From positions 1,165 to 65,164 of the forward strand of contig JBHIET010000005.1 of the NCBI GenBank assembly GCA_046760785.1: 64,000 nt of DNA, in the 5' to 3' direction. Source of the stretch: Anaerolineae bacterium. Its GTDB lineage: Bacteria; Chloroflexota; Anaerolineae; B4-G1. The translations under genes and the position numbers were made by a program. Positions 1-9,444 of this stretch are shown here, piece by piece (position 1 is the first letter of the stretch; each line of letters opens with the position of its first letter). The notes beneath the pieces were generated by a model. That model searched no databases, was not told the DNA's origin, and was given only the letters and a program-made list of their open reading frames with translations.

Positions 1-1720
1 CGGGAGACCAGTTCAGGCCGATGTCATTGATGCTGGCAGTGAGGCGGCTTGGCGGTTGGTCATCGTCGGGATTGTCCACGAAGATTCCGCAGGCCCCGCT
101 CGTCTCACAACCGGTCCAGGCCAGCAAACCGGTGGGCCCCCACACTGGCCCTTGCCCCGCCGCGTGCACTCTCGGCTCGGCCGAGCCATCTGTCGGCGCG
201 ATGGTTATCTGCCAGGTGCCAGCCACGTCCTGCGCGGCGTAGGCGAAACGGTGCCCATCGGGTGAGAAGGTGGGCCAGCCCAGCCCGGCGCCAGCAGCCA
301 ATTGCTGTGGCGCGGCCTCTCCTGACACTCGCAGCGAGATGCCAGGCGAGAGCAGGTCGCGGTACCCCAGGGCCCCGCTGCCCCACAGCCAGCAGGGCTG
401 ATCGGCCCCACTGGCCATCTGCACCAGGCGTGCGTCGGTGGAGAGGACGTACACGTCGTAGAGGCCGGTCTGCGTATTGTAGGCCGGATAGGCCAGCCGT
501 CCCACGTTGAAACCCGGTGGCAGTTCGGTCAGCGTGATGGTCTGCGTACCTTCTATGGGCGGGATGGGAGTCGGTGTGGCAACCAGGCAGACCTGGGCCG
601 CTTCGGCCCGCTTCTGCTCGACTTCGGGATCGTTCATCAGTTGCAGAGCGAGCGCATATTGCTCTTCGGCCGGGCACATCTCCTCCTGAACATACCAGGC
701 CTCGGCATAGGTTATGTGGGCGCGATAGAGTCGCTGGAAGACGTCCTTGTAATTGGGCGCAATGGCATAGATCTGCTCGAAGCGCTCGATGCAGCGCTCC
801 CAATCCACCCCCCAATAGCCCAACGCAGTCATGTACTGTATAGCCAGGCTGCGCTGAGTCAGCGCTCCCTCGTCCAGTGGGCGCAAGGCCACTGCCTGGT
901 CAAGGTAGAAAATGCCCTCTTCGAAACGGTCCTTTCCCAGCAGCGCCATCCCCGCGTTGTAGAGGCTGGTGAAGAGCATCTCCTCGACCGTCTCTGCCTC
1001 GTAGGCCGGATCCAATGCCCGCAGTTGGGTGAGCACAGCGGCCGCCTCTCTCCACTCCTCGGCCTCGTAGTGGGCTACGGCTTCCTGGTATAGATCGCCC
1101 ACGACGATCTCGTAGGTCTCCGTGGTGGGGGTGGGACGGGCGGCGATGCGTGTCTGTGCTTCGGCAATGCCTTGTTGAGCCAAGGGATGTTCGGGGTTGA
1201 TTCTAAGTACTCGCTCAAACTCAGCGATGGCGAGTTCGTACTCGCCGACCTCAAGGTGCTCCACCCCGGCGTGGTAGCACTCAGTGGCTGCTTCGGCGAT
1301 GCGTTGTTGGGCTAAGGGATGGTCGGGATCGAGTTCGAGTACGTATTCGAGCTCGGCGATGGCGAGTTCGTACTCGCCGGCCTCGAGCCGCTCCAATCCA
1401 GCACGATAGTGCTGCTCAGCCAATTGCTGGCGCTGCTGTTCTCGGTCGCGTTCTCCCTGGTAGAGGCCGCCATAGGCCGCCCCTCCCAGGATTAGCGCTA
1501 GAAGGCAAAAGCAGCCTATCGCCCAGAGAAGAATCCGGCGCAGGCTTTGCCAGCCTGTGAGTGCTTCTGAGTCCGGCGTGGGTGTCGTCGCTACAACAGA
1601 GGCAGCCCGCTTAGATCGCCGCCGGGCGCGCATGGGGCGCGTTTTCTCCACGTCCGTGCCGCATTGTGGGCAGAGAAGCAGATCGTCGGGGACTTCGGCT
1701 TTACACTCGGGACAGCGCAT
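1..1720 (-). CDS. Zn-ribbon / single-TM / TPR-repeat / PD40 (TolB-like) protein; C-terminus lies beyond the window edge
   Basis: ATG at 1718-1720 gives MRCPECKAEVPDDLLLCPQCG. This is followed by the hydrophobic segment ILLWAIGCFCLLALILGG and tandem TPR-like units (GEYELAIAE..L..P.HPLAQQ). Near the edge comes WPTFSPDGHRFAY, a PD40-type motif. The frame stays open to position 2, so the gene is absent from the closed-ORF track. Confidence 0.6.
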   Translation of the reverse strand, partial: MRCPECKAEVPDDLLLCPQCGTDVEKTRPMRARRRSKRAASVVATTPTPDSEALTGWQSLRRILLWAIGCFCLLALILGGAAYGGLYQGERDREQQRQQLAEQHYRAGLERLEAGEYELAIAELEYVLELDPDHPLAQQRIAEAATECYHAGVEHLEVGEYELAIAEFERVLRINPEHPLAQQGIAEAQTRIAARPTPTTETYEIVVGDLYQEAVAHYEAEEWREAAAVLTQLRALDPAYEAETVEEMLFTSLYNAGMALLGKDRFEEGIFYLDQAVALRPLDEGALTQRSLAIQYMTALGYWGVDWERCIERFEQIYAIAPNYKDVFQRLYRAHITYAEAWYVQEEMCPAEEQYALALQLMNDPEVEQKRAEAAQVCLVATPTPIPPIEGTQTITLTELPPGFNVGRLAYPAYNTQTGLYDVYVLSTDARLVQMASGADQPCWLWGSGALGYRDLLSPGISLRVSGEAAPQQLAAGAGLGWPTFSPDGHRFAYAAQDVAGTWQITIAPTDGSAEPRVHAAGQGPVWGPTGLLAWTGCETSGACGIFVDNPDDDQPPSRLTASINDIGLNWSP

Positions 1721-1818
1721 CTAACCTCTCTCTGGCAAGTTGAGCAACGGAGGCGATTATAGCCTCTTTGGCCTTACTTGTCCAGTGAGACGTGGCGCGT
1801 GTTGCCGTGAGGTATAGG

Positions 1819-1847
1819 TTGGCGACGTGCTGCCCATGTGCTATACT
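1819..1847 (+). promoter_or_regulatory. Sigma70-type promoter, TTGGCG-17-TATACT with extended -10 TG
   Basis: -35 at 1819-1824 and -10 at 1842-1847, preceded by the TG of gtgcTATACT. The same atgtgctatact string occurs in the riboswitch promoter at 61610-61626. Confidence 0.45.
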
Positions 1848-1869
1848 GAGCATGCGAGAGGAGGGGGTG

Positions 1870-3381
1870 ATGGAAGAAAACAATCTGCTGATCGTGAGTG
1901 ACTTGCACCTGAGCGAGGGGCTGGACCCGGAGAGTGGTAAACTCTCCCGCCTGGAGGATTTTCTGTTCGACGATGCCTTTGCGCGTTTCTTGCGCTATCA
2001 CGAGGAGATCAAGAATCAACCCCGTTTTGGCGGCCGCCCGTGGATGCTGATCGTCAACGGCGACCTGTTCGACTTTCTGCAGGTGGTCTCAGTGCCGAGG
2101 AAGAGGAAGCTGCTGCAGGCTATCAAGGGGAAAGAGCATCGCAAGGAACTACGCTTCAATGAGCGAGAGTACGGGCTGGGGACGACGGCCGAGGAGTCGG
2201 AGTGGAAACTCAAGCGGATTGCTCGGGGGCACCAGCGTTTCTTCGCTGCGCTCGGTTGGTTCGTAGCGTGTGGCAACCACATCGCTGTGATCAAGGGCAA
2301 CCACGACGTCGAGTTCCATTGGCTCCAGGTACAGGAGCGGTTTGCCACGGAGGTGGAGCGGGCGTACACTCGGGAGCGGCTGAGGCTTGACCATGGCCTG
2401 CCTGTCAAGCCTGGGCAGATCAGGACACGCGTACATTTCTATCCCTGGTTCTACTACAAGCCCGGGTGGGTCTACGTCGAGCATGGCGGGCAATACGAAG
2501 CGGCCAATCATTTCCGCGATTACCTCACCCCGGTGCTCCCCGATGATCCAAAGCATATCGAACTGCCGTTGGGAAGTCTCTTTGTACGCTATCTGTTCAA
2601 CAAAATAGAGGACGTGCATCCCTTCGCCGACAACGTCAAGCCAGCTTCGCGTTACCTGGCATGGGCATTCAGGAAAGAGCCAGTCAGGACAATCGAGGTA
2701 CTTATGACCCGTGGCCTGGTCTTCTTGCGGGCCTTCTGGAACGTATTGCGTAAGACGGCGGCCTTTGTGCGTCGTGGTGCGCGGATAGAGGATCATGCTC
2801 GGTCGCCCGGCCGTGCCATGCTACCACCGGAGGTAGCGAAAAAGATAGACGACCTGGCACAACGGTATGTTGACTCCTCATGGCGGGACGGGGTCGGCTC
2901 AGTGATACGGGGCTTGCTCTCCTTGCTGATTGCCTTGATTATTGCCACCTTCATCGTCCTCGCAGGGCTGACCCTTACTGACGGTCTGAGTTGGATGACG
3001 GCGGTGTACCTGGGAGCGGCGGCGTTGGCTTACTTCCTACGCCGTGGGCTGAAGCGGAGTCTTGACTACCTTTTCGAGAGCAGCTATCTGCTGCGCGTGG
3101 CACGCGACTTGGAGCAAATCCTGAAGCCCACCCACGCAGTTCGCTACGTCGTCCTGGGTCACGATCATAGGGCTGCCCTGGAGCGGCTGGAGCAGGCCTG
3201 GTACGTCAACACCGGAGCCTGGGTGCCGGTGTACGAGAAGGAGGGACCGGTCGAGGGGCGGGAAGAGTTGACCTTCTTCCGCCTGGCCTGGGGGTATGAG
3301 GGCACGCCAGAGTTGCTGCGTTGGGACGACGCGGCGGGTGCGCCGGCTCGGGTGGTATTGTGGCCGGATGCTGGAATCTAG
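1870..3381 (+). CDS. Membrane-associated metallophosphoesterase (calcineurin-like)
   Basis: Motifs LLIVSDLHLSEG, NGDLFDF, KGNHDVEFH, VEHGGQ and LGHDHRA are present, with hydrophobic TM segments near residue 380. The ATG at 1870 follows the RBS gaggaggggg and lies downstream of the predicted TSS. The track ORF begins at 1792. Confidence 0.75.
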   Translation: MEENNLLIVSDLHLSEGLDPESGKLSRLEDFLFDDAFARFLRYHEEIKNQPRFGGRPWMLIVNGDLFDFLQVVSVPRKRKLLQAIKGKEHRKELRFNEREYGLGTTAEESEWKLKRIARGHQRFFAALGWFVACGNHIAVIKGNHDVEFHWLQVQERFATEVERAYTRERLRLDHGLPVKPGQIRTRVHFYPWFYYKPGWVYVEHGGQYEAANHFRDYLTPVLPDDPKHIELPLGSLFVRYLFNKIEDVHPFADNVKPASRYLAWAFRKEPVRTIEVLMTRGLVFLRAFWNVLRKTAAFVRRGARIEDHARSPGRAMLPPEVAKKIDDLAQRYVDSSWRDGVGSVIRGLLSLLIALIIATFIVLAGLTLTDGLSWMTAVYLGAAALAYFLRRGLKRSLDYLFESSYLLRVARDLEQILKPTHAVRYVVLGHDHRAALERLEQAWYVNTGAWVPVYEKEGPVEGREELTFFRLAWGYEGTPELLRWDDAAGAPARVVLWPDAGI

Positions 3382-4449
3382 TTACAAGATGCCCACCTGG
3401 CTGTGATCGCCCAACGTCAGTTTGTACGCTTTTGGCTTGATGGGGGAGCGGGTCAGGGTGACATTCCGGCCAATGACGCTATCCTGGATGCGGGCCGGGA
3501 TGCCGTGGATCAGGCTGTGCTCCAGGACGATGGCCCGCTCAATCTCGCTATCCTCAATCACGACGTCGTGGTAGATTGAGGTGAACGGGCCGATATAGGA
3601 ATTGACAATGCGGGTGCGTTCGCCGATGATGGCTGGGCCGCGGATGACACTGTTGACGATCTCCGCCCCCTGCTGGACGGTGACGCGGCCATCCACCTCC
3701 GAGTCACGGTCCACGTATCCCTCGATCTGCGGCGTCAGTTCCTCCAACACCAGGCCGTTGGCCTCCAGAAGATCCTCTCTCTTGCCCGTGTCAATCCACC
3801 AGCCCCGATGGACGTAGGGGTAGACCCGGTAATCGTGCTCCACCAGCCATTGGATGGCGTCAGTGATCTCCAACTCGCCTCGCCAGGAGGGGGTGATGCT
3901 CTCCACCGCCTCGTGGATGTGGTGGTCGAACATGTAGATGCCGACCAGCGCCAAATCAGAAGCCGGCACCTTCGGCTTCTCGACTAGCCGCACGATACGC
4001 CCAGCCTCGTCCAGTTCAGCCACGCCGTACAGTTCCGGATGCGACACCCGAGTGAGGACAATCTGGCTGTTCCAGTCGCTTTCAGTGAACTGTTCGATCA
4101 GTCCCGAGATGCCTCCCTGGATGACGTTGTCGCCCAGGAACATCACGAAACGTTCGTCGCCCAAAAAGCCCTGGCTTACCTTGACGGCGTGAGCCAACCC
4201 CAGGGGATTTTGCTGGTGGATGTAGGTGATCTCGATACCCCAGCGCCCGCCTCGCCCGACGGCAGTCTTGATGTCTTCGGCAGTGCTCCCGACGACGATG
4301 CCGATATCGCTGATGCCAGCGTCACGGATGGCCTCGATGACGCGGAAGAGGACGGGCTTGTTGGCGACAGGGATGAGTTGCTTGGCGCTGGTATAGGTCA
4401 GGGGGTAGAGACGGGTACCTTTGCCCCCGCTGAGGACCAGTCCTTTCAT
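3382..4449 (-). CDS. Glucose-1-phosphate thymidylyltransferase-like sugar nucleotidyltransferase (long form with C-terminal left-handed beta-helix)
   Basis: N-terminus MKGLVLSGGKGTRLYPLTYTSAKQLIPVANKP. The C-terminal half shows hexapeptide-repeat character. Confidence 0.8.
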   Translation of the reverse strand: MKGLVLSGGKGTRLYPLTYTSAKQLIPVANKPVLFRVIEAIRDAGISDIGIVVGSTAEDIKTAVGRGGRWGIEITYIHQQNPLGLAHAVKVSQGFLGDERFVMFLGDNVIQGGISGLIEQFTESDWNSQIVLTRVSHPELYGVAELDEAGRIVRLVEKPKVPASDLALVGIYMFDHHIHEAVESITPSWRGELEITDAIQWLVEHDYRVYPYVHRGWWIDTGKREDLLEANGLVLEELTPQIEGYVDRDSEVDGRVTVQQGAEIVNSVIRGPAIIGERTRIVNSYIGPFTSIYHDVVIEDSEIERAIVLEHSLIHGIPARIQDSVIGRNVTLTRSPIKPKAYKLTLGDHSQVGIL

Positions 4450-4466
4450 TGCGCTCTCCTTGTGTT

Positions 4467-5126
4467 TCAGTAACCTCCGAGCGTGATGCCGAGTGGGGCG
4501 TCGTTCAACACGGCCCCTACGATACGCACGTGCACTCTCTCCAGCAACTCCTTGGCCCGTTGGGCGTGCTCCCGGCGGGTGCGCCCTGCGCAGACGACCA
4601 ACAGCACGCCGTCCACCTTGGTGCCCAACACGGCAGCGTCGGTCACGGCGACGACGGGCGGGGCGTCGAAGAGGACGACGTCAGCGCGGGCTTTAAGCGC
4701 GACGATGACCTCCTCCATTCTGCGCGAGCCGAGGATATCAGCCGGGTTGGGAGGCAGCGGGCCGCTGGGCACCAGCCGCAGGTTGTCCACGCCGACGTCT
4801 ATCAGCGGCGGATCATCCAGCGCTGCTTCTTCGACGATCATGGTGGTCAGCCCCCGCTCATTGGAGACGCCGAAGACCTCGTGCAGGTCAGGGTGGCGCA
4901 GGTCGGCATCCACCAGGATGGTACGACGTTCTCCTTGTGCCATCGTTACTGCCAGATTGGCGAGAACAGAGGAGTTACCCTCATCGGGCGCAGCCGACGT
5001 GACGATCAGGGTCTCGATGGGTTTGTCGAGTGCGGCGAAGGTCAGATTGGTGCGCAGCGAGCGGTATGCCTCGGCTGCCGGGCTACGTGGATTGGTCAGG
5101 GTGATTAGATCGGGTTGTTCGGCCAT
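4467..5126 (-). CDS. BY-kinase (CpsD/CapB-like) tyrosine kinase domain protein with a degenerate Walker A
   Basis: Walker A' ILVDADLRHP and Walker B VVLFDAPP are present. The Walker A position reads SAAPDEGNSS, with Asn where Lys is expected. The protein ends in ...LGGY. Confidence 0.7.
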   Translation of the reverse strand: MAEQPDLITLTNPRSPAAEAYRSLRTNLTFAALDKPIETLIVTSAAPDEGNSSVLANLAVTMAQGERRTILVDADLRHPDLHEVFGVSNERGLTTMIVEEAALDDPPLIDVGVDNLRLVPSGPLPPNPADILGSRRMEEVIVALKARADVVLFDAPPVVAVTDAAVLGTKVDGVLLVVCAGRTRREHAQRAKELLERVHVRIVGAVLNDAPLGITLGGY

Positions 5127-5148
5127 CAGTTGCCTCTTAGTTGGTTGG

Positions 5149-5802
5149 TTAGTCGGTGGAGGGAATAGCGCCCACCACAGTCAGGTTCAGTTGGCGCTCC
5201 ACGTCTTGAGGGGTGCGAACAATGCCCGCCTCGAGCCATTCCAGGAAGAAGATGACCACGCCAGCGACTACCAGTCCGAAGACGGTGCCGGCGGTCAGGA
5301 CGATCTTCTTGCTTGGTGGCCAGGATTGGACGTAAGTGGGCTCATCCAGCATCTCAGCCTTGACGCGGTCCTCGTTGCGCTGTTCTGCGTTCTCGCTGTT
5401 ACGCCAATTGATGAAAAGATCGGACCAGGTGCGGGCTATATCGTTGGCTACATCCCCATCGTAGTCTTTAACATCAATCTGTATCACAAACCGCGATTCA
5501 TCGGAAGCGACGGTGACGTTGCTCATCAGCTTTTCTGGAGTCACTGGAAGTTCACGGAGCTCGATCACTTGCTCTGCCCAGTCGCGGGTGTACATGCGGG
5601 CCACATAAGAACGCAGCAACCACTTTGCCGATTGGGTGAGGCCCAGGTCGGGCCGAACTTTGACGAGAATCTGAGCGCTGGATTTGTAGACTGGCGTCTG
5701 AAGTTGGCCGAAGGCATAGGCACTGCCGGCAGTAAGCACAATAGCCATAGCGATGATCCACCAGCGCCGACGCAGAATACGGATGTAATCTGTGAATCCC
5801 AT
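5149..5802 (-). CDS. Wzz/CpsC-type polysaccharide chain-length determinant (BY-kinase transmembrane modulator)
   Basis: N-terminus YIRILRRRWWIIAMAIVLTAGSAYAF and a C-terminal TM segment VFGLVVAGVVIFFLEW. It lies directly upstream of the BY-kinase gene. Confidence 0.7.
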   Translation of the reverse strand: MGFTDYIRILRRRWWIIAMAIVLTAGSAYAFGQLQTPVYKSSAQILVKVRPDLGLTQSAKWLLRSYVARMYTRDWAEQVIELRELPVTPEKLMSNVTVASDESRFVIQIDVKDYDGDVANDIARTWSDLFINWRNSENAEQRNEDRVKAEMLDEPTYVQSWPPSKKIVLTAGTVFGLVVAGVVIFFLEWLEAGIVRTPQDVERQLNLTVVGAIPSTD

Positions 5803-6089
5803 TGTTTGGACCTCCTATACGGCGGGGAGCAGGCGATATTGTACCACAACCCGGAGCAATTCACAACGATTCAATGAGAGCAATGGACAATGGGCCGATA
5901 GTTTGTTGCAGGGAGCTTGGCACGCTTGCATAGTGGCGCGGTCGCGCAGGGTTGTGCGCCCGCTTCCAACGCTTGATGAAAGCTCTCTCGGCACCAGCGT
6001 ATCCTGGCGGACAGTCTGATCCACACAGGGCACGTGGTCGGGCGTGCCGTAGTGCATTGTCTCCAGGAAGCGCTGCCGGGCGTCATCAC

Positions 6090-7040
6090 CTATGTCTGCT
6101 CCCGGCTCAGAACCCCCGTCAGGCAGCCCATCCCCCCGGCAGCCTTGATCAGTTCGCCGATCTCCACCTCGATGCACTCGATCCCCGCCGCCTGGTACAC
6201 CGCCCGGGTGCACGGAGACCCAGCTGGCATCAGCACCCGCCGTGGCCCCAGGGTGACGAAGTTGAGCGCCATTCCCTGCCGGGCCTCCTTCTCATCGGGC
6301 AGCCACAGTGTCTCGAACCCCCGCACGTGTAGTAGCTTCACCACTTTGTGAGGCACCCGCCCCGGCCAGGCCACCGCCAGATCGCGGTCGGCGAAGTTCA
6401 CCGTGCCCAGCAGGTGCATCGTCCCGTAGGGCAGGTCTACCCTCACCACCTCCACCCCCATCTCCTCCAACAGGCTTTGCACCTGCGCTGCGCCTTCGTC
6501 GTTGGTGCGCAAGCCGGTGGTAAGCAGCGTTGTCCTCTCATCCACCCACAACGCGTCTGCTCCCTCGAAGGTGCCTGCTCCCCGCACGCTGCGCAGGATG
6601 GGCACGCCCAGGTCGGCCAGCCGCCGGGCGACGTGCACCTCTTCACCAGCACGCACGGTGGACGCAGGCCGGGCCAATATAGCGCCCTCCGGCGTCATGA
6701 AAAACAGGTCACGGAGGAAGACGGTGTTGGGGGGTGGGGTGGTGGCCGGTTCCAGGTAGTGGACGGTGATGCCCGCGCTGCGGTAGGCTTCGGCCAGCGC
6801 GTCGTGCTCTTGCCGCATCCGCTTCGGATCCACAGGGGCCAGCATCTGCACCGCATTGGGATCGGGAACTTCCTTGATCTCGGGGCCGGGTCGGTGTAGC
6901 AGCACCGCCCGCAGGGGCGCCCACTCAGAGGCCATGCCCCAGGGCCCCCAGAGCCGGTGCATCTCCTGGCATGTCGTGTCGGTGCGCGGCGACCAGCCCG
7001 GTCCGCCGTAAGCGGCGGCAATGTCAGATAGATCGCTCAT
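6090..7040 (-). CDS. Amidinotransferase / dimethylarginine dimethylaminohydrolase family protein
   Basis: The C-terminal AAGGMGCLTGVLSR carries the catalytic Cys typical of the guanidino-modifying enzyme superfamily. Length is 316 aa. Confidence 0.65.
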   Translation of the reverse strand: MSDLSDIAAAYGGPGWSPRTDTTCQEMHRLWGPWGMASEWAPLRAVLLHRPGPEIKEVPDPNAVQMLAPVDPKRMRQEHDALAEAYRSAGITVHYLEPATTPPPNTVFLRDLFFMTPEGAILARPASTVRAGEEVHVARRLADLGVPILRSVRGAGTFEGADALWVDERTTLLTTGLRTNDEGAAQVQSLLEEMGVEVVRVDLPYGTMHLLGTVNFADRDLAVAWPGRVPHKVVKLLHVRGFETLWLPDEKEARQGMALNFVTLGPRRVLMPAGSPCTRAVYQAAGIECIEVEIGELIKAAGGMGCLTGVLSREQT

Positions 7041-7062
7041 CAGGTATGCCTCCTTGCGAATT

Positions 7063-7686
7063 TCATTTAGAGAGACCCTGCAGGTGGCAGGTGTCGTTCA
7101 TCAGGACAAGGGTGAAAGTGCCATCGTCCTTCACGTCGAAGACGTTCACCGCGCAGGTGTCCTGCTGCAGTCGCCAGAAATGCGCATTGTCCAACCCCAG
7201 CACGGCGCAGAGCAGCACGCGGTTGACGACGGTGTGGGAGACCAACGCGACGGCCTGTTCCGGGTGGCGGGCGACCACCTCGTCCAGGCCAGCCAGAATC
7301 CGACTGCGCACGATTTCTAGCGTCTCTCCATTCGGGAAGTGCACTGTGTGGGGGGCCTCCAGCCAGGCCCGGTGGAGCGCCGGGTAACGCTGTACCACCT
7401 CGTCGGGTGAGAGCCCCTGCCACTCGCCGAAGTCAATGTCCAGCAGCCCCTCCAGCGGGCGGGCGACCAGCCCCTGGGCGCGGGCGATGGCCTCGGCGGT
7501 CTGCATGGCGCGGCGCAGTCGGCTGGCGTAGACCGCGACTACCGGCCAGCGAACGGCCAGGTAGTGCCCGGTCGCCTCTGCCTGCTTCAACCCGACCTCG
7601 TCCAATTCTACGTCGCTCCGGCCTCGGAAGCGGATCTTCCGGTTCCAGGCCGTCTGGCCATGGCGGACCAATACAATGCGCGTCAT
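7063..7686 (-). CDS. Histidine phosphatase family protein (phosphoglycerate mutase-like)
   Basis: MTRIVLVRHGQTAWN is followed later by ALVSHTVV. The ATG at 7686 overlaps the upstream gene's stop codon (ATGA). Confidence 0.8.
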   Translation of the reverse strand: MTRIVLVRHGQTAWNRKIRFRGRSDVELDEVGLKQAEATGHYLAVRWPVVAVYASRLRRAMQTAEAIARAQGLVARPLEGLLDIDFGEWQGLSPDEVVQRYPALHRAWLEAPHTVHFPNGETLEIVRSRILAGLDEVVARHPEQAVALVSHTVVNRVLLCAVLGLDNAHFWRLQQDTCAVNVFDVKDDGTFTLVLMNDTCHLQGLSK

Positions 7687-8795
7687 GTGCCTCTTCTCCT
7701 CTTTGCGTCTACACGCCACCCGAGATGCTGCCAGGCGGCGAAATGTGCCTGCATGAAAGCGTCGAAATCTCGCACGCCGTGCACTAGGCGCACTGGACCG
7801 TATTGGCTGGGGTCCACTGCCAATCGGCCGGTGCGGAGATCGTCCAGGGTTGAGGTGACGTGCACCTGCTCGGTTTCAAGCAGTTCCGGGTGAGTGAGCG
7901 CCAGGGCGGCGATTGGGTCCCACATCGCAAAGCCTCCATCCCGGAACCAGAGCCGCATCAGCGCGAACCAGAGGCGGGTCTTACGGACGATGAGCTGCGA
8001 GACAGGGTCGTCCATTGCCTGGAGTGCGGCGAACTGCGGGCCACGGAAGATGGCGCTGAGGCTGGCATGCCCGGCGGTGATGGTGAGAGGACAGTCGGCG
8101 TGGACGGCCAGGTAGGCTGCCTCGGGATCGAGTGAGAAGTTGAGTTCCGTCAACCGGTGTCCGTTCCACACCAGCGGTTCGGTCACACCGCCCAGCAGGT
8201 AGAGGTCGCGCAGCTTCTTGAAGAAGTCCGGATCGAGCGCAACGGCGTGTTTAAGGTTGGTCATACTGCCGGTGGCGATGAGCACGATCTCACCGGGCCG
8301 CGTGTTGACGATGTCCTTGAGGTGCCGGGCAGCCCGGTTCGTCTCCGGCTCTTCGTCGGGGCCGGCCGCGCCGGGCAGCGTGGCAACATCGTTGTACCCC
8401 AGGGAGTCCAGCAGGCGGCGTGTGGTGCGGGTGGTCATCTCGACCGGGCCGTTGCAGTAAGTGGTCGTGACGCAGAGCAGATTAACACGGGGCTCGCCCA
8501 GAAGATAAAGCAGCGCCAGCCCATCGTTCACGTCGCGGAGGGGGCAGCCCATCGTCAGGTCACAGTCCAGGATAACGGGGATGCGCTCGGAATAGGGGAC
8601 TTTCCGCAGACGGCCCACCTGCAGGGGCTCAGCACGCCCGACGGCGTAGGCCGCGACCAGGAAGACGATGAGAAGCATGAGTATGGTCGCTGCAAATGTC
8701 GCGATCAGCCAGTATAACACACCCAGCGCTGCGGTCAGGGCGACGCCGACCGCGATGAGTGTGATGGCGATCCAGAACCATGGACTGCGAAGCAA
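7683..8795 (-). CDS. Nucleoside hydrolase (IU-NH family) with N-terminal TM anchor
   Basis: Two N-terminal hydrophobic helices precede ILDCDLTMG...DVNDGLALLYLLG and LIATGSMTNL, which are IU-nucleoside-hydrolase-like blocks. Confidence 0.6.
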   Translation of the reverse strand: MLRSPWFWIAITLIAVGVALTAALGVLYWLIATFAATILMLLIVFLVAAYAVGRAEPLQVGRLRKVPYSERIPVILDCDLTMGCPLRDVNDGLALLYLLGEPRVNLLCVTTTYCNGPVEMTTRTTRRLLDSLGYNDVATLPGAAGPDEEPETNRAARHLKDIVNTRPGEIVLIATGSMTNLKHAVALDPDFFKKLRDLYLLGGVTEPLVWNGHRLTELNFSLDPEAAYLAVHADCPLTITAGHASLSAIFRGPQFAALQAMDDPVSQLIVRKTRLWFALMRLWFRDGGFAMWDPIAALALTHPELLETEQVHVTSTLDDLRTGRLAVDPSQYGPVRLVHGVRDFDAFMQAHFAAWQHLGWRVDAKRRRGT

Positions 8796-8980
8796 CGGTT
8801 CACCCGCTCTATCTCAAACAAGCTATCAACAGGGATCTCGAGGTTGATTGGCGCGCATAACCGTTGGGCCTGTAAGACAAGATGCAATCTTGTCCCACTT
8901 CATCCCAGAGCCTGTGCGCGCTGACCAAAGTTGCAGGGAGAACCCGCGAAGTGCTTGTTTTGCTAACTGTGGTTGTAGGA

Positions 8981-9412
8981 CTACGGGCCCTCTGCCAGGC
9001 GTGACTGGACCGTGATCCCCCCTATGAGCATCTTGTGGATTGGGCAATGCTTGGAGACTGCGAAGAGTCTCTTGCGCTCTTGCGGCGCAAGTCCACCGGT
9101 CAACACAATCTCCTCCGCGATCTCCTCTTTGTATTCCTGGATACCTTCACACTGTACACAGTCGTCGGCAAAGACCCGGTCGTACTGCAGGCGTAGTTCC
9201 ACCTCACGTAGATTCACGCCGTGGTGCTGGGCGTAAGTGTGCAGGACGATGGCGGTGCACGAGCCTAGCCCAGCCAACAACATTCCGTAGGGCGTCAGGT
9301 AGTGGATGTGGTCAACCGGATGGAACTGATGGTCGTCGGGATCGTGGGGGTCCAGCGACAGGATTTCAGTTTCGAACTTGCTGTTCTGACGTACAATGAC
9401 AACCTCTCCCAT
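8981..9412 (-). CDS. OsmC/Ohr family peroxiredoxin-like protein
   Basis: LLAGLGSCTAIVLHTYAQHHGV and the C-terminal CPIHKML are typical of OsmC-like proteins. Confidence 0.7.
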   Translation of the reverse strand: MGEVVIVRQNSKFETEILSLDPHDPDDHQFHPVDHIHYLTPYGMLLAGLGSCTAIVLHTYAQHHGVNLREVELRLQYDRVFADDCVQCEGIQEYKEEIAEEIVLTGGLAPQERKRLFAVSKHCPIHKMLIGGITVQSRLAEGP

Positions 9413-9444
9413 AGTTAGTCCTCGTCCTCACTTTGCCTACTCTA

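Noticed and set aside
3379-3384. Abutting convergent stop codons (TAG at 3379-3381 on +, TAA complement at 3382-3384) with no intergenic terminator.
   Set aside because: This is real but probably just a compact genome arrangement. No structure or extra signal is visible.
4483-5877. Long antisense ORFs: 464 aa at 4483-5877 (+), 374 aa at 9433-10557 (+), 446 aa at 35833-37173 (-), 432 aa at 47202-48500 (-), 315 aa at 30480-31427 (-), and many others.
   Set aside because: Each lies opposite a gene with clear family motifs (BY-kinase/Wzz, the rubrerythrin-like and FTRC genes, ligA, argS, porB). All have Arg/Pro/Gly/Ala-rich low-information sequences typical of the stop-poor antisense frames of high-GC DNA. 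None has an RBS.
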